Origin: Myxococcota bacterium
GTDB lineage: Bacteria > Myxococcota_A > UBA9160 > UBA4427
Direction of reading: 5' to 3'
DNA: 64,000 bases
NCBI GenBank assembly: GCA_965250285.1
Contig: OZ252299.1
Location: 3,488,001 to 3,552,000, forward strand
Shown here: positions 59,008 through 64,000 of the stretch, one piece after another
Position numbering within the stretch: the stretch's first letter is position 1
Layout: every line of letters begins with the position of its first letter
Made by a program: the position numbers and the translations under genes
The notes under the pieces: model-generated
Database searches by the model: none
The model's input: the letters and a program-made list of their open reading frames with translations, nothing else
Told to the model about the DNA's origin: nothing

Positions 59008-59859
59008 CTACAGCAGCCCGTTGCGACGAATTCGGCGCACGTAGTAGAGCACGAGCGGGATCGTCACCGGAAAGGCCAGCGCCATCGTCGTGAGGCCGAG
59101 CCAGTACGCGGCGCGTTCACTCGGCGGCGCGGCGCGAATCTCGGGCCGCCGCGGCTCGAACGCGGTGGCCGTGTACAGATGGTCGTAGTCGGCGAAGCGC
59201 GCCTGCATGGTCGAGATCCAGAGGCGCAGTCGATCGAGCTTGGGCTCGGTGCGGATGATCTCGTGCGCCTCGCCAGGCACGCTCGCGCACATCTGCACGA
59301 GGCCGAAGAGCTGGAGGTCGACCGTGTCGGGAACCTCGCCCGCGATGAAGTCTTCGCCGGGCGCGAGGTGCGCCTGCCACCCCGCGAGCGCCTCGACGAC
59401 GGCGTCTCGCCCCGGCGGCTCGAGGCGCCGGCCGAACAGCCGAATGATGATGAAGAAGTAGAACATGGCGAACGAGCGCCAGAACTGATCCCAGAGTCGA
59501 GCCGGCCACGCTGCATCGTCGGCGCGGACGAAGCTGAAGCGGTGAAAGAAGAGCCACGCATCGTCGGTGCGGCGCAGGGCGGTCAGACCGAACAGGCCCT
59601 GCAGCGCGCTCCGATCTTGCTCGGAGACGGGCGCGTAGCCGAACGCGCCGAGGATCCGCTCGCTGTCGAAGGTCCACGGCCCGCCGTCGATGCGGGCCGC
59701 CGGCATCAGCACACCGGCTTCGAGAAAGAGCGGCAGCGGCGGGGCCAGGTCGATCGTGTGGGCGATGCGCTTCTCGTGCAGGCCGAGCAGCACGGCCTGC
59801 ACCCACGGCGAGTGATCGTTGCCGCAGAGCCGAACATGGCGCGGCAGGGCATCGGACAT
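59008..59859 (-). CDS. GST-like protein (prostaglandin E synthase 2-like) with a C-terminal TM helix
   Basis: HSPWVQAV, MP..DSERI, FIAGEVPDTVDLQLFG. Confidence 0.6.
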   Translation of the reverse strand: MSDALPRHVRLCGNDHSPWVQAVLLGLHEKRIAHTIDLAPPLPLFLEAGVLMPAARIDGGPWTFDSERILGAFGYAPVSEQDRSALQGLFGLTALRRTDDAWLFFHRFSFVRADDAAWPARLWDQFWRSFAMFYFFIIIRLFGRRLEPPGRDAVVEALAGWQAHLAPGEDFIAGEVPDTVDLQLFGLVQMCASVPGEAHEIIRTEPKLDRLRLWISTMQARFADYDHLYTATAFEPRRPEIRAAPPSERAAYWLGLTTMALAFPVTIPLVLYYVRRIRRNGLL

Positions 59860-60076
59860 CGACGAATCGCGATCGGGCACGCCGCCCAGTCTAGTTCAGA
59901 ACGCCACGCGGCCCGGCCCGCGAGCGAGCCACGTGGTGGACCTGCGCCGCGCCACGCCGAACCAAGCCAGAGCGGCGGCATGACCGCGGCCCCTCTGGTA
60001 GAGTCCGCCCGAAGCCGGCGCCCTCGTGGCGCCGCACCCAGGGTTCACGCCGGGGATCCCCTCCCCTGCCAAGCGC

Positions 60077-60153
60077 GCGCCGGTAGCTCAGCTGGATAGA
60101 GCATCAGGCTTCGAACCTGAGGGTCGGGGGTTCGAATCCCTCCCGGCGTGCCA
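60077..60153 (+). tRNA. tRNA-Arg(UCG) with encoded CCA
   Basis: GCGCCGG/CCGGCGT stem, TCAGG-CTTCGAA-CCTGA anticodon arm, GTTCGAATC T loop, GCCA end. Confidence 0.95.
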
Positions 60154-60387
60154 TTGAATCGAAGTCGCTATGTGCTTCGCCGTCGGTGACCCTCAGGTGC
60201 CTGACCTGAGCGTCGAGCCTGGCTCGCTGCGCGAATCGCGGGCGTGCACGCGCAATTGCGGACATGCTCCGCCGATCCAAGCGCCGAATCTCGCCAGCGA
60301 AATCCGGCGAACGGCCCGCGCTATCCTTCGAACACAGCCCCTACGCGGCGTCCGCCACGGCGTCGCGGCAAACGGTCGCCAAACCCC

Positions 60388-60924
60388 ATGAGCACACCCA
60401 ACGAACTCGAAGACCAGATCGTCGCGTCGATCCGTCGGATCATTCGCGCGATTGATCTCCAGTCACGGCGCCTGCAAGATCGCCACAAGCTGACAGGGCC
60501 CCAGCTCGCCACCCTTCGAGAGGCGGAGCGCGTCGGCCAGCCGTCGATCAGCGCCCTCGCCCGCGCCGTCCACCTGAGCCAGCCCACGGTGTCGGGGATC
60601 GTCACGCGCCTGGAGCGCCGAGGTCTGGTTACGCGGAAGCGATCAGAGGGCGATCGACGCAGCGTGGGCATCGAGGTCACGAGGGAAGGACTCGACGTCC
60701 TGGACGAAGCGCCGTCCCTCCTTCAGGAAGACTTCCGCGCCGAGCTGGCGCGGCTCGAAGACTGGGAGCGCCACTGGATGCTGTCCGCGCTCGAGCGGAT
60801 CGCGTCGATGATGGATGCCGAACACCTCGACGCCGCCCCGATCCTCGAGACGGGCCCGGTTGCGCAGCCGGCCGAAGAGGCGCCGACGCCCGGCGGACTG
60901 GACCCCGAAGGGGATCCGTCGTAG
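60388..60924 (+). CDS. MarR-family regulator (EctR-like)
   Basis: IRRIIRAIDLQSRRL..LTGPQL, LSQPTVSGIVTRLE, RSEGDRR, PSLLQEDF, ASMMDAEHLDAAPIL. Confidence 0.88.
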   Translation: MSTPNELEDQIVASIRRIIRAIDLQSRRLQDRHKLTGPQLATLREAERVGQPSISALARAVHLSQPTVSGIVTRLERRGLVTRKRSEGDRRSVGIEVTREGLDVLDEAPSLLQEDFRAELARLEDWERHWMLSALERIASMMDAEHLDAAPILETGPVAQPAEEAPTPGGLDPEGDPS

Positions 60925-61128
60925 GCGACACGATCAATCCAATCCATTGTGTTCTCAATGAATTTTCGGTCGAAGCGGCCTGAGAACCCCCTGAACGCCC
61001 AATTGAGACTTCTCGTTCCATAGTTCTCACTCGGTCATTGCATTGCACTGAATGGATCTGACGACTACCGTGCCCCTCTTCCGCGGGCCGGCTCTCGGCC
61101 CCGAGATCTTCGCCAGATAGAGGGGCCC

Positions 61129-61983
61129 ATGTCGTCCAATCCGACCGAAATCCTTCGCGAGCAGGCCGAACGATCACTGCGCGCCGTCAACCAGGAGTTC
61201 GGCGAATCGCCGACCGACGTTCGCGAGACCAACCACTACCAGGCCGAGTACGTCCAGACCTTCGTCGAGAAGTGGGACGAGCTGATCGACTGGGGGTCAC
61301 GCGCCGAGAGTGAGGGGCGCTTCTTCATCGAGCAGCTGAAGGCGCGCGGCAAGATGAAGGTCCTCGACGTCGCGACCGGCACCGGCTTCCACTCGATCCA
61401 GCTCGCCGACGCGGGCTTCGAGGTGACGAGCGTCGACGGCAACGCCGTCATGCTCGCCAAGGCGTTCCAGAACGCGACCGACCGGCACCTGATCCTCAAG
61501 ACGATTCACGCCGACTGGCGCTGGCTGAACCGCGAGGTGCATGGAAAATTCGACGCGATCATCTGTCTGGGCAACTCGTTCACCCATCTCTTCGACGAGC
61601 AGGACCGAAGACGCGCGTTGGCCGAGTTCTACGCCGCGCTGAAGCACGACGGCATCCTGATCCTCGACCAGCGCAACTACGACTCGATCCTCGACAACGG
61701 CTTCTCGTCGAAGCACAAGTACTACTACTGCGGCGACGACGTCAGCGCCGAGCCCGAGCACATCGACGAGGGTCTCGCCCGTTTCCTCTATTCGTTCCCC
61801 GACGGCTCCGAGTTCCGACTCAACATGTTCCCGCTTCGCAAGAACTACACGCGCAAGCTGATCCGCGAGGCCGGCTTCGCATCGGTCAAGACGTACGGCG
61901 ACTTCCAGGAGACCTACCAGGAAACCGACCCGGACTTCTTCGTGCACGTCGCCGAGAAGCACATGGATCACCCCGATGCCTGA
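61129..61983 (+). CDS. bsmA: Glycine/sarcosine N-methyltransferase (GSMT)
   Basis: HYQAEYVQTFVEKWDELIDW, VLDVATGTG, CLGNSFTHLF, DQRNYD, TYGDFQET, PDFFVHVAEK. Confidence 0.9.
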   Translation: MSSNPTEILREQAERSLRAVNQEFGESPTDVRETNHYQAEYVQTFVEKWDELIDWGSRAESEGRFFIEQLKARGKMKVLDVATGTGFHSIQLADAGFEVTSVDGNAVMLAKAFQNATDRHLILKTIHADWRWLNREVHGKFDAIICLGNSFTHLFDEQDRRRALAEFYAALKHDGILILDQRNYDSILDNGFSSKHKYYYCGDDVSAEPEHIDEGLARFLYSFPDGSEFRLNMFPLRKNYTRKLIREAGFASVKTYGDFQETYQETDPDFFVHVAEKHMDHPDA

Positions 61984-62821
61984 GGAAGCCGGCGCCGCTT
62001 CGGTGACGGCCACGACCGAGGCCTACTACGACAGCGACGAGGCAGATTCGTTCTACGCCGAGATCTGGGGTGGCGAAGACATCCACATCGGCGTCTACCA
62101 GGGGCCTGACGAGGACGTCGCCACGGCGAGCGCGCGCACGGTCGAGACCGTGGCGAGCCACGTCGACTTCTTGAAGCCAGAGCATCGCGTGCTCGACCTC
62201 GGCGCGGGCTACGGCGGCGCCGGGCGATACCTGGCGACGAGATTCGGCTGCCAGGTCGACTGCCTGAACCTCAGCGACGTTCAGAACGAGCGCAACCGTG
62301 CCCTCACCGAGAAGGCTGGGCTGTCCGACCGCGTGCACGTGGTGCACGCGAACTTCGAATCGATCCCCGGATCCGATGCTCGATACGACGTCGTGTGGTC
62401 GCAGGACGCGATCCTCCACAGCGGCGCACGCGAGCGGGTGCTCGCCGAAGTCGCACGCGTTCTGAAGCCCGGCGGACACCTCGTCTTCACGGACCCGATG
62501 CAGACGGACGACTGCCCGCCCGACGTGCTCCAGCCCGTGCTCGACCGCATCCACCTCGACTCCCTCGGTTCACCTGGCTTCTACCGCAAGAACCTGGGCA
62601 GCCTCGGCTTCGAAGAAGTTGCGTTCGCCGAGATGACGAACCAGCTGCGCAACCACTACGACCGCGTTCGACAGGTGCTCGGAGCCCGCCGCGAAGAAAT
62701 GACCCGGCGCTGCGGCGCCGACTACGTGACGCGGATGCTCGAGGGATTGGGGCACTGGGTGAACGGAGCCGATCGGGGCCATCTCACCTGGGGGATCTTC
62801 CACTTTCGGAAGACGGGCTGA
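61976..62821 (+). CDS. bsmB: Sarcosine/dimethylglycine N-methyltransferase (SDMT)
   Basis: YYDSDEADSFYAEIWGGEDIHIG, LDLGAGYGG, WSQDAILHSG, FTDPMQ, RIHL; overlaps the GSMT stop. Confidence 0.9.
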   Translation: MPEEAGAASVTATTEAYYDSDEADSFYAEIWGGEDIHIGVYQGPDEDVATASARTVETVASHVDFLKPEHRVLDLGAGYGGAGRYLATRFGCQVDCLNLSDVQNERNRALTEKAGLSDRVHVVHANFESIPGSDARYDVVWSQDAILHSGARERVLAEVARVLKPGGHLVFTDPMQTDDCPPDVLQPVLDRIHLDSLGSPGFYRKNLGSLGFEEVAFAEMTNQLRNHYDRVRQVLGARREEMTRRCGADYVTRMLEGLGHWVNGADRGHLTWGIFHFRKTG

Positions 62822-62829
62822 GCGCCAGC

Positions 62830-64000
62830 GTGAAAGCAGACTGGTCGCGCATCGAGCCGGCGGTCTTCCTCTCGTCGGCCGGGGTCGTGCTGGCCCTACT
62901 CGCGTTCGGCGTCGCCGACCCGGCGGGAGCGAAGGATCTCTTCCTCGGGATCCAGGACTGGATCGTCGGCACCTGGGGCTGGCTCTTCGTCGGCTCGACC
63001 GCGTTCTTTCTGCTCTTTTCGGTCTGGTGTGCGCTCGGCAAGCGGGGCGCGATCCGGCTCGGTCCAGAAGACGAGCGCCCCACGTTCGGCCTGCCCTCGT
63101 GGTTCGCCATGCTCTTCAGCGCCGGGATGGGCATCGGCATCATGTTCTTCGGCGTCGCCGAGCCGGTGACGCACTTCGCGAACCCGCCGGTCGGGCCCGC
63201 CGGCACGCCCGAAGCCGCGCGCCAGGCGATGACGATCACGTTCTTCCACTGGGGCCTGCACGCCTGGGGCGTGTACGCCGTCATGGGTCTCGCGATCGCC
63301 TACTTCGGCCACCGCCAGGGCCTCCCCCTCGCGATCCGCTCGACCCTCCACCCACTCTTCGGCGACCGGATCCATGGATGGCTCGGTCACGGTGTCGACG
63401 TGTTCGCCGTCTTCGGCACGCTCTTCGGCCTCGCGACCTCGCTCGGCCTCGGCGCCATGCAGATCAACGCCGGTCTGGCCCGGCTCTTCGATGCTCCGGT
63501 GTCGTCCAGGGTGCAGGTGGGGGTGATCGCTGTGATCACGGCGGCTGCGACGACGTCGCTCGTCCTCGGCCTCGACCGCGGGATCAGGCGGCTTTCCGAG
63601 CTCAACGTCGCGCTCGCAACGCTGCTTCTGCTCTTCGTCGCGTTTGCCGGGCCGACATGGGCCTTGGCCCAAGCCTTCCCCACTCTCCTCTTCGACTACG
63701 TCGCAGCGCTCGTTCCAATGGGCAGCGGGGTTCAGGCGATCGGCTCGCCCGATTGGCAGAAGGGATGGACCCTCTTCTACTGGGCCTGGTGGATCGCCTG
63801 GTCGCCCTTCGTCGGAATGTTCATCGCCCGCATCTCGCGCGGCCGCACCATCCGCGAGTTCGTTCTCGGCGTCTTGGTCGTGCCGACGCTGATCAGCTGC
63901 CTCTGGTTCACCGTCTTCGGCTGGTCGGCGATCACCCTCGACACCCAGAGCCCTGGGCTCGTCGCGGCCGTCGAGGGCAACAATGCGATCGGGATCTACG
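62830..64000 (+). CDS. BCCT-family (betaine/choline/carnitine) transporter, 3'-truncated by the window edge
   Basis: Absent from the ORF track because there is no stop in the window. Translation from GTG 62830 gives AMLFSAGMGIG, FFHWGLHAW, WTLFYWAWWIAWSPFVGMFIARISRGRTIREF. Confidence 0.92.
   Translation, partial: MKADWSRIEPAVFLSSAGVVLALLAFGVADPAGAKDLFLGIQDWIVGTWGWLFVGSTAFFLLFSVWCALGKRGAIRLGPEDERPTFGLPSWFAMLFSAGMGIGIMFFGVAEPVTHFANPPVGPAGTPEAARQAMTITFFHWGLHAWGVYAVMGLAIAYFGHRQGLPLAIRSTLHPLFGDRIHGWLGHGVDVFAVFGTLFGLATSLGLGAMQINAGLARLFDAPVSSRVQVGVIAVITAAATTSLVLGLDRGIRRLSELNVALATLLLLFVAFAGPTWALAQAFPTLLFDYVAALVPMGSGVQAIGSPDWQKGWTLFYWAWWIAWSPFVGMFIARISRGRTIREFVLGVLVVPTLISCLWFTVFGWSAITLDTQSPGLVAAVEGNNAIGIY

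Overview
A GC-rich (roughly 70% by eye) chromosomal window from a diderm bacterium. A Myxococcota/Deltaproteobacteria-like host is an inference from gene content, not something the sequence proves. Left to right the window holds: the 3' part of argD; an SGNH hydrolase split by one in-frame TGA; an enoyl-CoA hydratase; a class I DAHP synthase; a SirB1-like protein; and two tandem paralogous secreted FN3/Ig-like plus FG-GAP proteins separated by a perfect 78-bp tandem repeat. Next come divergent tRNA-Arg(UCU) and tRNA-His genes, a small XRE regulator, a C69 peptidase, and a carotenoid-oxygenase/EamA/SnoaL/SDR operon. A complete proteobacterial-type cbb3 oxidase cluster (ccoNOQP-GHIS plus a DsbD_2-type gene) follows, then a metallophosphoesterase. 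A co-directional oxidative run comprises a nucleoside hydrolase, ribokinase, two P450s, an F420-type LLM enzyme and a Baeyer-Villiger monooxygenase. Envelope and miscellaneous genes follow, including a translationally coupled DUF4407-like gene and a multi-TM OmpA-like gene, flanked by DUF4197 and a GGDEF cyclase. The window ends with ggt, an M23 peptidase, tRNA-Arg(UCG), and a MarR-GSMT-SDMT-BCCT glycine-betaine module that runs off the edge. No CRISPR array, integrase or transposase was seen. The best candidates for an undescribed system are the DUF4407/OmpA-like membrane pair and the coupled nucleoside hydrolase-ribokinase-P450 operon. All family calls come from motif recognition by eye, not from database searches.
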